Positions 12,601 through 25,362 of a DNA stretch of 64,000 bases are shown piece by piece (the first letter of the stretch is position 1; every line of letters begins with the position of its first letter). Origin of the DNA: the human T2T-CHM13v2.0 reference genome, Homo sapiens; NCBI RefSeq assembly GCF_009914755.1, contig NC_060931.1; one strand, 5' to 3'. The notes under the pieces were generated by a model that saw only the letters and a program-made list of their open reading frames with translations, made no database searches and had not been told where the DNA came from. Both the position numbers and the translations under genes were made by a program.

Positions 12601-15119
12601 GGACCTCATTCCTGGAAATCAATAAAACATTTCCAGGGTTATATGTTTATAACTTCTTGCATGTTGGTTGGACTCAGCTCAAGGGCATCCTTAAAACTGC
12701 GAGACACCTGAGGACTCCTGACTTTCGGTACACTACATCTCTAGTGAGGTTGCTAAGTATACATTAGCCCTTTGTATGGAACTGGGCATGAGAAAGCTTC
12801 CCAGCAAGTGAAATGTGAATTTAACACATCATTGGTAGGTAATGCAGACAGAAAGAACTCAGTAAAGATTTTGTTTTTCCTAAATGCCCAAGTGGTCAGA
12901 TCCTGCTGCTCGTTCATGATTATGGGACTGTGGATAGTTTCTATTACCTCTTTGTATATTTGTGTATTTTTTTCACTTTTCTAAAATAACTATACCTTTT
13001 TAATTGCCATTAAAAAAAACAAATAAATAAATTCATGTACATTTTAAAGAAAGCAAAAATGTAAGTATAATGTCTTTCTTTACTGCCTCCTCACTCTTCC
13101 CAAATTCCTCTTCAATTCTATTTCCCTACATATAGGGAAGTATAAGGACATGTTTATGAAATGAATAAATGGACGAATGTATACATATCTTTGCAAAATA
13201 GGCTAAGTCATAGATCCCTAGGAACAGACAGATTTGTAGAGCAGGGATATTTAGCCATCTGTTTTGATCACAAAGAGTTGCTGTGACCTAATTGTGGAAA
13301 CTGATAAAATAAGTACATTTTTAAAATGTAGTCTTGATTTTTGTTATTGTACTATACAATAAGCTATTACAACAATTCATATATAGTTACTTCTTTCTGT
13401 GATTTTATTACTTCTCTGCTACAAAGACAAACATTGTCCCAATACTCTCAGGCCCACAGGGAAGAAAGAATGATTTTCACAGTAGTTTATACAAACATTA
13501 CTCTTTAAATTGGATCAGGAAAGCTTCTTTATAAACGACAGCAGTTATAGAATTGAGACTCTCAATTGTAATATAAAAGTAAATTTTAAAATTTTCTTAG
13601 CTGTGCGGAATGATTTAGCGTTTAGAATGGGAAGGAAAAGAACTTGTTACATATATAGAAGAGTTTTTTAAAGTGATTTATTATTTAAAAAAACAAATTG
13701 ATGACACATTTTAGAAGATTGCTTAGCAATAGATTCTTCTAGTTTGGAGTTATTAAATCAATCCACTTAAAGGTACACTTTGCATAACATATTAATTTAT
13801 GGTGATGTAAGATATTATGTGTCATTTAGAAGTAAACTAAATTGAGATAGGAGTCAGTATCCTTTTTTCAGGACTCTGTTCTTAGTATACTCAGAGTAAC
13901 CAGCAACTTTTAGTACATGGGGCAGAAATTAGCTAACCCAGTAGAGATAACACAAAGCAAATAAATGATACACAAAGATGATACACATTTTGCTGCAATG
14001 ATTACATCCTTCTGTGTAACCATGGCTACAGTATAACAAAATTTTTCATTCCCATTTTGGAATTAGCTCTTTCCTAGTAATGCATAATGATAATACCTGT
14101 TCCATTTACCACTTTCTCAATTTCTCTGTCTCTTAACTTCAATGTGCTGACCTATGATTTATATAAGAGAATAAGGCTATAGGATTTTTTGGACCTCCAA
14201 ATTGACAATCATGTTTATAAACCTATATAGCTAATTGCTTCCTACAGTTATTTTTTCTACTAGTAACTAATACATGATTAAAAGCTGGAAAAGTATATCT
14301 TATGAATTGATGTCTCTTAAAAAATATTTGGACAAATTCTCTGCTTAATATTTTTCCTCCTTGGCTCTTGGTAGCTTTCACTACAACCAGTAACTCTGAT
14401 GAAGGTAGAACAGAGCAAATGGAAGAGTGAATGTTTCTCTGGGAGCATCTTGTCCTATTTGGAAAGTAAGCCGAGGGCATGCTTTCTGTCTCCTTTCTTG
14501 CCTACCCCTCTTGAGGTTCCCACAATCTCAGTTGTATTAAGGTTTGAGATTAGATAGAATTGAAGTTTGTGCTTAAATGAAAAAGATGGTCTTCTAGGAG
14601 CTTATTCAGCAATAAAACTGAGCACTCTGAAATATTGGAATGTAAAAGATGCCAGGATTTCAGATGTGCTTGGGCCATTTCACCTTCACCCTGTTCTCCT
14701 CTTCTAGAAAGTTTTCATGGCAGCATTCCAGCTGCGTTTCTTCCAGTTGAGTTTGAAATGCCCTCTTACCTTGGCTAAATTTCAACTATGTCAGTAAAAT
14801 CCCAAAGAGCAAATCAAGCTAGCAGCAAAAGTGTCTTTCCTAGTTGACCCCTGAGTACGAGAAGTCACACTCTGCCATCGGGATTATTTCATAGTCAGTT
14901 TTAATGAATACAGTCATTTTCTTGTGCATAGGCATTCAGTTGTTAACTGAAGTTGAAAGTCACTTTAAACACCTGTCTCCTTGGACTAAACAAAATCCAC
15001 AGCAGCACCTGTAGAGTACACTCCTATGCTCTAGTGTGACCACAACCAGATTCACCACTCTAAAATTCCAGAGACTAGCCTCAAAAAGGAGTCTATCCAT
15101 GTTCCCCTAGGAATGATCA

Positions 15120-15410
15120 GGCCAGGCATGGTGTCTCATGACTGTAATCCCTGTATTATGCGAGGCCGAGGCAGGAGGATCACTTGAGCGCGGAGCTCAA
15201 GACCACACTGGGCAACAGGATGAAACTCTGTCTCTAAAAAAATTTAAAAATTAGCCAGGCACACTCCTGTGGTCCCAGTTACTCAGGAGTGTGAGGTGAG
15301 AGAATCGCTTGACCCCAGGGGGTCAAGGCTGCAGTGAGCCATGATCATGCCACTGCATTCCACCAGCCTAAGCAATAGAGCAAGACCTTGTCTCAAAAAA
15401 ATAAAAGAGA
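15120..15410 (+). mobile_element. AluJ SINE
   Basis: GGAGGATCACTTGAGC and GTCAAGGCTGCAGTGAGCCATGATC are J-type features. Confidence 0.9.
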
Positions 15411-15417
15411 GAAATAA

Positions 15418-15652
15418 TTAATAAGATGTACTGTTCATAGCACAACAGATTGACTATTGTCAATAATAGCTTAATTGTACATTTTTAAATAACTAAGAGT
15501 ATAATTGGATTCTTATAACACAAAGTATAAATGCTTGAGGGGATGGATACCCCATTCTCCATGATGTATTGCATGCCTATGTCAAAATATCTCATGTAAC
15601 TCATAAATATATGTACCTATTATGTACACACAAAAATGTAGAATAAAAAAGA
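15418..15652 (+). mobile_element. L1 3' end (L1MA1-3-like)
   Basis: ATAGCACAACAG..TAAATGCTTGAGGGGATGGATACCCCATT..CATAAATATATGTACCTATTATGTAC..AATAAAAAA. Confidence 0.85.
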
Positions 15653-15759
15653 AAGATGAGGACTAAATCCACTATGCAATACAGGCTCAATTACTTCAGC
15701 TTCTATAGAAGCCCATTTTTTCTACTCCTGAAACAGATTATTCAGAGCAGGTGCTTTCT

Positions 15760-17365
15760 CATTATTACCCACCATCCTTCTTTGAAGTATATATCTAACA
15801 TTGTCATTGCTTCCAAAGACATCATCTATTAAAAACTTAACCACTCTGCTCTTTCATAATTCTCGGGTAGCTCATGAATATCTTCCAACTATTATTAGAT
15901 TCTTGGTCATTTCTTCTAAGGAGCTTGTCTTTTATCCTACTGCATACATTCACTCGGGTTTTCCCTATACTAGGTCAACACTAATCATCAAACGCAACAT
16001 GTCCAAAACTTTATTTTTTGTATTTTACTGTCTACCTCTTATTATATTTCTACCTCACTTTGTTTGACCATTATTCAAATAATAATAGAATAATATCAAC
16101 CATTATTCAATCCCACAAGTACCTGCAATTCGTTGACACTACCGTATTATTATTATTATTGTTATTATTTTTACTGTCTCTCACCCCATTTAACCTCACT
16201 TACTGCCCTTTTACATCGCTCAGGTTACACGATTCATCATTATAATACTTCCTGGTGTCCTCCCTCATGTTCTTTGCCTGTTTTTTCTGTATACAACTCA
16301 CCTGTCAAGTCTCAGCTTTGGTTAAATCCATTTCTCCTCTTACTGCCAGCCTATATGTGAGCAGCTGAACAGTGTTGGAGAAAACCAGCAGTTTTACCAA
16401 TGGATGTTAAATTTATGGCCACAGATTTATGTTTCAACACTGCTCAGAAATCCTACTGTATTTCTCTAGTCAATTCACACTTCTAAACTATGAAGCAACT
16501 ACTTCATACCTTCTCTCCTCCAACATCGTGTCTCCTCCCCACTCCTAATTCACTCAGCTGATTACCTTGATTTTTATATCCCTTTAAAAAAGGCAATTCA
16601 ATTATAAGTTTATAATTCTTCCACCACCAAATCTACTAACCTGCCTTTACCCATGCACTTCCCTATTACTCTTTCAATAGATGAACTGCCTCCAAAGCTA
16701 TTGAAATCTAGCAACTTAAACTACATCCCATCTGTTCCATGCACTTAAAGTCCTTGTGCTTGCCATTAATTCCACCTTTCTCCTGTTCTTATCAGCATAA
16801 AAACTTTCTGTAACACTCCCCATCTTAGAAAAGACCTCCTCAAATATTCTTCTCCAGCTGCCACCCTTTATAGAGAAACTGTTTCTATTTATATTACTGT
16901 TTCTATTACCTTGTTTCTCGATATTTTTACCATCAGGCTTTGAAGCCCACTCTCCTCTTGAAGGTTCTCTTTTCTGGGTCACCAGTAACATCAATGCTGC
17001 TCATACCAGCGGTCAGTTCTCAGACTTCACCTTATTTCGTATTTCACTTTTATTCAACACAGTTAATTACTCCTTTACAAAAGACTTTATATACTTGTCT
17101 TCTATGCCACCATGGTTTCCTGGATTTTGTTTGATTTGTTTGCATATTTTTTAGTTTAATTTCTTGTTTCTCTTTTTCTTTCCAAGAAATGCTGTGGTTC
17201 TACTTACCTCTTCTCTCTTTAATCTACATTTTTTCTCTAGGTGATTTTATCTAGTCTTGTGGCTTTAAAGATTATTGTGTAATCTCTCAGTCCTCCAGAT
17301 TCAAATTCTCCTCTGAGTTTCACTGAGCTGATCATTGATTGGACAGGTCAAACAGAACTCTGATG
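15760..17365 (+). mobile_element. L2 LINE, long fragment
   Basis: Pyrimidine-rich; GGTTAAATCCA..GCAGCTGAACAGTGTTGGAGAAAA..AAATTTATGGCCAC..GGTCACCAGTAACATC..TCTCTAGGTGATTTTATCTAGTC. Confidence 0.75.
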
Positions 17366-19389
17366 TATGAGTTGAGGAGGACTAAATTCTATTTTTAAAA
17401 TTTATCATTAAAAATCAGAAGCAAAAATGGTGATTCTAGCTGAATGTATGCAATAATTCTAATGTCAATCATATTGTAGTTTTCTCTATAATTTAAATAC
17501 ATCATTTCTTTTAAATTAAAAAATAAAATCCATGTTTTCATTCTTTAAATATAGTGAATATTTATACATGTGAACATGTGATATAGCTAGAGAGAAATCA
17601 AACAAATAAATACACATATAAACAAGTTTTAAAGAATAGACAATGAACTTTAAAATCAGTTAAACCTATAGTTTATTTTTACTGCATATTTTAAAACAGT
17701 TAAGCCTATAGTTATAAATAATTATTTTATATATCCTAATATAATTGCTAGTATAACATGAAAGTTGTTATAATACCCTGGGTCTAAAATTTTGTATTTT
17801 GTAATAAAAATCTATATGTCACCAAGTCAGTTTTGACATATACAATTTGAGGAAACTAGGATCAAGTTAGTACAACAAAAACAAAATGAAAATGCCAAAC
17901 TGAAATAAAAAGATCATGTATTCCTTCAAATCACTACAGAAACAAAAGATAAGCCAGATTACTAAAAGTTAGTTGGGAAATGATACCAAAAAACCATTAA
18001 AATACAAATATATTAAAAAGCAAGAAGAAATCAATCAGTTATGAAAATAAACAAATGGAATAAAATACCCAATTAAAAAACTATATGCATATTATCTGAG
18101 TTATATGTAAAATAAAATAGCTATAAAATAACTATGAATAGTCATGACAGAGGCAAATGCTCACAGGGAAATATAAAATGAAGATATAAGATAAGCCGCT
18201 ATGTAGTCATAATGTCTTATTATATTAAAAAGAATAAATGCATATGTAAACACACATACTCCCCTGAAAGGATATAAAGTAAATTTTACAGTAGTTCTCT
18301 GATAGAAATTTGACAAATGATTTTACTCTCTTCCTTTTACTTCTCTGTAGTTAATTTTTTTTGTCAATAGTATTATTTAACATCAGCAAAGGTTAATATC
18401 AATACACTATTTAAATAAATCACTGCCCACTTTCAAAACCTTCAGTCTCAAATCATTTACAGATTATTTCACCTTAAATTCAAGGACTTCAAGAGTCTAC
18501 TCCACATCTCAACTTTCCAATTATTTTTTTGACCTCTCTGTTATGTGAAAACTTTTCTAACCAAAAGAGTCTACATTATGATCTTTAGACATGGTGTACA
18601 TTCTCACCTTTTGCCGAACTTGTAATACCCTCAAAAGCCAGCTCAAATTTTATTTTGTCCATGAAGCCTTTGAGATTATCTTAACATTTGGAGATGTCAT
18701 CGCCATAGTTTCTCATAGCATTTTTAATACTATTGATCTGGCACTAGGCTAAGGATTTCTAACATTTAAAAAAATTTCATATGTGCCCTGTTTTTATGGT
18801 ATATGATTAAGAAAATAGAGCAAATATGCTGCATCTGGCTCAGAGCTCTACATGCTCTTGTTAATGGTGGTACTGCTCTTAAAAATGATAATATGTTTGT
18901 GGACTAACATAAATTTATTACTAATGTAATGGATATATAACTCTATAATGTATGGGTTTTATGGCAAAGTACTGCTGGTCATATTAGTTGGATAATTGGA
19001 TCAACCTTGCCTCTTCCTGCCCAGATCTGTACATGATGCCCTCCGTCTTGACACATAAATGATTCCACAGTTTTTTCCTTGTGGTCTTTCAGCCATAATA
19101 ATGGAAGCTAGTAGCTTGAATATCAATTACATAATATTATTTTGGTTAAATAATGACTGGCACAGAGTAAGTAGTTGTCTCCTTTTGAAAGTGACCAGTT
19201 TAAAGAAGGATTGATAGTTATCCCATCCATCAGAGAATGGTGAGGCCAAGAAGCTTCGCTAACCCCCAGATGTGTTTGATGCACTATGTCATCCACAACT
19301 GAACGATTTTGAAAAAAGTCTGTTTTATTTAACAACATTCATGAAAGTTTAGAAAATGGATATTAGGAATTTTTTTGTACAAATCTACA

Positions 19390-20105
19390 CAGGGCATGTT
19401 TAAATAATTTGTGTAGATACTCCCACCTCAAAGAGGTGAAGTCTCACTTCTGCCCCTTGAATGTAGGCTGTGCTTGGTGAATCCCAAGAGTAGAGTCTGA
19501 AAAGGGGCAGGGGCTGATTTTACAGTGGAGAAGCTTGAAAAACATTATCTTATCCATGTGATCAAGGTTAACATCCTCAGTGATAAGTCATGTTGATAGC
19601 TCGTACCATTGCATGATGTAATATGAATAATACTTACCTCCTTACCTACCTAACCCTCCTTACCTAACCCGGTTCATCCTCCTTACCTAACCCGGTGTCA
19701 GTCTAACCACAAGACAAACTCAAACTCAGGGACATTCTAAAACCACCAAATGAGTATTCCTCAAGGCTCTCAAGGCCATCTAAACAAACAAACAAAATCT
19801 GAGAAACTGCCCCAGTGTAGAGGAACCTAAGGATGCATGACACCTAAATGAAAGGTGGTGTCCTGAGTGGGATCCTGGAACAGAAATGTTTGCATTAGGG
19901 AAAATTAACTAAGTCCCACCAAGGGTGTTTTTTCAGTTGATAGCAATGTATCAATGTCAATTTCTTAATTGTGACAACCTATATACTATAGTAATATAAG
20001 ATGCTGGCAATAGGCAAAACAGAGTGAGAGGTACATACGAACTCTCTGTGTTATCTTTGCAACTTTGCCATAAATCTAAATCTACTCTCAAATAAAAAAA
20101 AGGTT
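19390..20105 (+). mobile_element. L1MC/L1MD-type 3' UTR
   Basis: TTTTACAGTGGAGAAGC..GTGATCAAGGTTAACATC..GTGATAAGTCATGTTGATAG..GGGATCCTGGAACAGAAA..GAACTCTCTGTGTTATCTTTGCAACTTT. Confidence 0.8.
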
Positions 20106-22168
20106 ATTTAAATTTAAGGATGTCTCTTGTACTGTCTGTTATAAAATACTGTTCAATGTTTATAGAAAATACTCCACATACCACAAGTGGAATGATAAAA
20201 GAAATAATTTTGACATTTTGTAAGTAATATTTTTAAATGAAAAGTGTGCTGGTTAAAGAAGAATGTATTCTAGAAAGTCATCCTATCACTCCAGCAAAAT
20301 TGTTTTTTATGTATAGTCTTTGATTTTAAAGAGTTGTAACTGATACAAATATAGTTGAAATACATGTCTCAATAAATAAGAGGGAAAGTGGATGAATCTC
20401 AATAAAACCTTGCTATTATAGTAATCTTCTGGAGAATTATGGGCTGCTCTATATCCTTTAGATGTCTTCATTCTGCTACGGTTAAAGCATGACTTACTTC
20501 CATCATTATTCCTTCTCACAAATAACAATATATACACATTCTGTGCACTTTTCTCATCTGACATACATAGCTTCAGAACGTAAGTTTATTCTGCTTATTT
20601 GGACACTTTTAGTCATAAATCATTTATTATTATTTTCCTGCCTACCATTTCATTACAGTTTCTGGTTTCTTTGAAAAAAAGTAACTATAGGTAGACTATC
20701 TTACAGACCCTTATTTAATAGGTGTTTCGTGGCAACATTTAGTTGAGGACATGTCACTGGTCTCTTGGAAATTTTGGTTTGGAGCTGGAAGGTAACATCA
20801 CTTAACTACAAAATTTTTATGTTTATAAAGGAAAAAATTGAAACAGAGAGCGAGAGGTCACATACTTAAGAGTACATACCTGATGGAAAGAAGTTCCCAG
20901 AAGCCTGCCTCCCACTGCTGTGCTGTCATGCACTGCTCACAAAGTACTATTCACAACAGTTGTGTTCCCAATGTTTGGGATTTTAACAAGACTATTTGAA
21001 TTTCTAGTTCTTATCATTTCAGACAGCAATACGTTGATATTTTGACAAAAGGGGCAACCGTTCTAAAATTGTACCCAGTGTTATTTGTCACTGAGGATAG
21101 GAAATAAATGAATGTGCTATCCATAGCAGGATGAAGGCATCCAGCTGGAGATAGGCCATGATGCTCAGAAGACCCTTGCATAGTCCATAATGCTAGATTG
21201 TTTTCGTGTGCGTGTGTATGTGTGTTGTGGGGGTAGGCAGCTGCAAGATAATTAAAAGAAATGCAAGCCACTAATTTTGGTCTTTTATTCAGTCTCCTGC
21301 TAGAAATCACCAGGTAATGTGGCCACTAGTTAAGCTAGTCATCCATTTAAAGCATTTTTGAAGTAGATAATAATAGGCTTACCTCAGAGATACTGTGTCG
21401 TTCAGTTCCACACAACCACAATAAAGTGAATATCTGAATAAAGCAAGTCACGCGAATTGTTTGGTTTCCCAGTGCATATAAAAGCTATGTTTACACTATA
21501 TTGTAGTCTATTAAGTGTGCAGTAGAACTGTGTCTACAAAAACAATATATATACCTTAATTAAAAAAATATATATTGCTAAAAAATGTTAACAATCATCT
21601 GGACTGTCAGTGAGTCTTAATCTTTTTACTGGTGGAGAGTCTTGCCTTGATGTTGATGGTTGCTGACTGATCACGGTGGTGTTCCCGAAGGTTCAGTGGC
21701 TGTGGCAATTTCTTAGAATAACGCAGCAATGAAATTTTTCATACTGATTGACACTTCTTTTCACTAATGATTTCCCTAATAGCGTGTGATGTTGTTTGAT
21801 AGTATTTTACCAAGAGTAGAACTTCTTTTACAATTGGAGTCAATCTTCTCATACCCTGCATTGCTTTATCAACAAAATTTGTGTAATATCCTAAAGCCTT
21901 TGTTGTCATTGCAACAATATTCACAGTATCTTCACCAGGAATAGACTCCATCTCAAGAAACTACTCTTTTGCTCATCAATAAAAAGCACATCCTCCTCCA
22001 CTAAAGGATGCCATCCTTCGATCACAGGATGGCAGCAATTCAGCCATATCATTAGGCTCCACTTCTAATTCTAGTTCTCTTGGTGTTCATGATACATCTA
22101 TAGTTACTTTCTCCACTGAAGTCTTGAACTCCTCAAAGTCACCCATGAGGGATGTAATAAACTTCTTT

Positions 22169-22248
22169 CTTTTTAATTATTTTTGTCAGATCTGATAATG
22201 ATTCACAATATTTTCTTTTTAATTTTTTTAAATTTTTATTTTTTCCAG
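22169..22248 (-). mobile_element. 80-bp TSD-flanked retroposed insert (two A-rich tracts around a short unique core)
   Basis: ATAAACTTCTTT (22157-22168) and ATCAACTTCTTT (22249-22260) duplicate a Tigger1 segment. Confidence 0.7.
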
Positions 22249-23744
22249 ATCAACTTCTTTTAAATTCCTGATAACATCAATATTTGACCTCCTGCAAATC
22301 ATGAATGTGCTTAATGGCATTTAGAATGGTGAATACTTCCAGAAGGTTTTCAATTGATTTTGCCAGATTCATCAGTGGAATCACTCTCTATGTCAGCTAT
22401 AACTTTACAAAATGTTTTTCTTAAATAGTCTTGAAAGTCAAAATTACTCCTTCATCTATGGGATGCAGGATACATGTTACGTTAGCAGGCATAAAAACAG
22501 TGGTGATCTTCTTGTACATTTCTCTCAGAGCTCTTGGGTGACCAGGACCATTGTCAATAAGCAGTAATACTTAGAAAAGAAACTTTCTTTTTTTTCTGAG
22601 CAATTTGTCTCAATATTGGGCTTAAAATATTCAGTAAACCATGCTGTAAACCCATATGCTGTCGTCAAAATTTTGCTGTTTCATTTCTAGAGCACAGGCA
22701 GGCTGGATTTAGCACAATTGTTAAAGGCCCTAGGATTTTCAGAATGGTAAATGAACATTGGCTTCAAATGAAGTCACCAGCTGCATTATCCCCTAACAAG
22801 AAAGTCAGTCTGTCCTTTGAAGACTTGCTGCTAGACATTGACTTCTCCTCTCTACCTATGAAAGTCCTAGATGGCATCTTCTTTTAATAGAAGGTTGTTT
22901 CATTTACATAGAAAATCTGTTGCTTAGTGTAGCTACCTTCATCAATTAACTTAGCAAGATCTGGAAAACGTGTTGCAGCTTCCATCTATATTAGCACTTA
23001 CTGCTTCACCTTGTACTTTTATGTCATGGAGATGGCTTCTTTCCGTAAACCTCATGAACCAACCTGTGCTAGCTTCAAATTTGTCTTCTGCAGCTTCCTC
23101 ACCTCTCTCAGGCTTCAAAGAATTAAAGAGAGTTAGGGCCTTGCTCTGGATTAGGCTTTGTCTTAAGGAAATGTTGTGGCTGGTTTGATCTCTTATCCAG
23201 ACCACTAAAACTTTCTCCATATCAGCAGTAAGGCTGTTTCACTTTATTATCATTCATGAGTTCACCAAAATAGCACTTTTAATTTTCTTCAGGATCTTTT
23301 CCTTTGCATCCACAACTTGACTGTTTTGGGCAAGAGGCCTAGGTTTTGGCCTATTTCAGCTTTTCACATGCTACTCTCACTAAGCGGAATCATTTCTAGC
23401 TTTTGGTTTAAAGTGAAAGACGTGTGTCTCTTCACCTTATTAGAACACTTGAGGACACTGAATAATAATTTCAATATCATTGTGTCTCAGGGACCAGAGA
23501 GGGCAAAGGAGAGGGAGAGAGTTAGGGGAATAGCTGATAGATAGAGCAGTCAGAATATACACATTTATTAAGTTTGCCATCTTATAGGGACACAATTCGT
23601 GACACCTGAAAACAGTTACAATAGTAACATCAAAGATCACTGATCACAGATTACAGTAACAGATATGATAATAATGAAAAAGCTTGAAATATTTTAAAAT
23701 TTATAATGTCACATAGAGTCACAAAGTGAGCACATGCTGTTGGA

Positions 23745-24272
23745 CAGGTGGTGCTACCTGCACCTATACCACAGGCCACTGGGACAACTATGATTGCCAC
23801 CAAAAGCTGCATGGTCATGGTGGGGCAGGAGGGCCTGGTCTCTCTGCCTCTGAGGGATGGCCCCCAGCTAATAGCCCACTCTCTGTTTTGAGCTCTTGGG
23901 GCCACCAGCACTGGGCACTGCTGGCAGCTGGGCTTTTGATGTAGACCCACCCTGAATTAGGTTCTTCTTCCCCATGTTTTATACAGATGGACCAGAAGCC
24001 ACCTTCTTCTTCCCCTGCTAGCCAGGGGCTCTACACAGACTAACCTCGGCCCTATAAAGACCAGCCAAACCCCATGGGCAGGAGGCCGATATGGACCAGG
24101 GGGCTTTACCCTGACTGATGCACTTTATGAGCTCGGTGAGAAGGGCCCTGTATTCACCTCCACTGCTCCCAGGGGCTGTGGATATACAGGCTGGAGGACT
24201 GCCCAGGCTCCCACCTGTTTATTTATTTAACTTATTTCAGTGTTTTATAGTAAAGGAAACACTAACCAAAAA
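23745..24272 (+). pseudogene. ZNF513: 5'-truncated processed pseudogene of ZNF513 (last C2H2 finger, C-terminus, 3'UTR)
   Basis: Translates ATCTYTTGHWDNYDCHQKLHGHGGAGGPGLSASEGWPPANSPLSVLSSWG, then after a frameshift PPALGTAGSWAFDVDPP* (TGA 23953-23955); matches the recalled ZNF513 C-terminus; GC-rich UTR, AGTAAA at 24249-24254, short A tail; Tigger1 resumes on both sides. Confidence 0.85.
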
Positions 24273-24947
24273 GAAAATGGTGCTCATTAGTCCTGCTCAA
24301 TGCAAGGCTGCCGCAAATCTGTAATTTGTAAAGTAAATCACAAGAAATTGAGATATATAATAAATTATAAGTAATATGTATCCATTATATATGTTATTAT
24401 AAACACATATAGACTATATAACCATATTATAGCTAATAAAGCAACAATAAGAAGGGTTGATTATAACCAAAAAGTCAACTAGATAGAAAATTGATAGATA
24501 GATATTACATAGCATATGCATACATATTTATACTTTCTCATGAACAATTAAATCCTAGTATTACTGTTTGTTTCAGTTGATTTGCATACTGCCTTGGGAG
24601 TTCAGAGACATCTCTGGCAGCCAGCTGGATTTGGTTGCCAAAAGCTTTCAAACTCATGGAATCAAAGTCATCTCTGAAGAGAGCTTTGGGGCTTATGGTC
24701 AGTTTGCTGATTTCTTGCAAGGATATCAATGTCTGCAATGCACATGATAGAAAAACAGGGAGCTCACTCTGAGCCTGCCAGAACAGTGCTCACAAGGCAT
24801 CAGAGCCACGGAAGGAACACTGAAAAACGAGGCTCTCCACGGCACTTGCTGGCGTCCCTCCTGGAATTGACAAGGTTATGACTCAAGCATTTCACAAACT
24901 GGAACCCATTAATGGAGACACAGGAACAACCTTTAGCTATTAAGTAT

Positions 24948-25201
24948 TTTAAAAAAGAAATTTATTGTATATATACGTTACACCATGATGTTTTCATACA
25001 CATATAGATAGTGAAATGATTAATATATTCTAGCAAATGAACATATCTATAATCTCTTAGTTACCAATTTTTTGTGGCAAAAGCACATAAATCTACTTTT
25101 TTTTAGCAAAAAATCCCAATCCCAATACAGTATTATTCTCATGTGATTCATTAGTTCCCTAGACTTACTCATCCAACATATCTGCTACTTTGTATCCTTT
25201 G
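24948..25201 (-). mobile_element. L1MA-type 3' fragment
   Basis: TTTATTGTATATA..CATGATGTTTT..ATAGTGAAATGATTA..CTAGACTTACTCATCC..CTGCTACTTTGTATCCTTTG. Confidence 0.75.
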
Positions 25202-25362
25202 TTAACTTCAAATAGCATTTACAATAACTAGGTATCCCAGTTAACTCTGAAATCTTAATATGACAACTCAATGATGCCTGCCGTGCCAGAGACGAAGAGG
25301 GCTTAAAATATGGAAAGGCAAGGGCTAGCTTACTCTTGAAGAAAATTTTCTTCAACAAAATT

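Larger units (their letters stand above)
21374..24335 (-). mobile_element. Tigger1 DNA transposon, near full length, decayed transposase, two nested insertions
   Basis: Terminus TAGGCTTACCTCAGAGATA at 21374; minus-strand remnants [36 protein letters not shown]...[11 protein letters not shown] (22951-23220) and MESIPGEDTVNIVAMTTK (21739-21951) are Tigger1 pogo/CENPB-family transposase; many stops and frameshifts. Confidence 0.95.

Noticed and set aside
11768-14480. Peptides faintly resembling an adhesion-GPCR or polycystin GAIN/GPS region (ICLLWSAWDTDHYIWS; SSELLVVVKATK), or a TM helix in another frame
   Set aside because: Conserved GC and CxCxHL motifs are absent, acceptors lack polypyrimidine tracts and no 7TM exons follow; likely pareidolia.
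15658-17387. GAGGACTAAAT direct repeat flanking the L2 fragment
   Set aside because: L2 is too old to keep a clean TSD and the boundaries do not fit exactly; an 11-mer match can be chance.
22951-23220. Transposase ORF as a TIGD1-like domesticated gene
   Set aside because: The surrounding frame is broken by stops, frameshifts and an insertion; ordinary Tigger1 fossil.
24846-24866. CpG-containing CCAGGAGGGACGCC (minus strand) as a CTCF site
   Set aside because: Needs a gap or several mismatches to fit the core motif.
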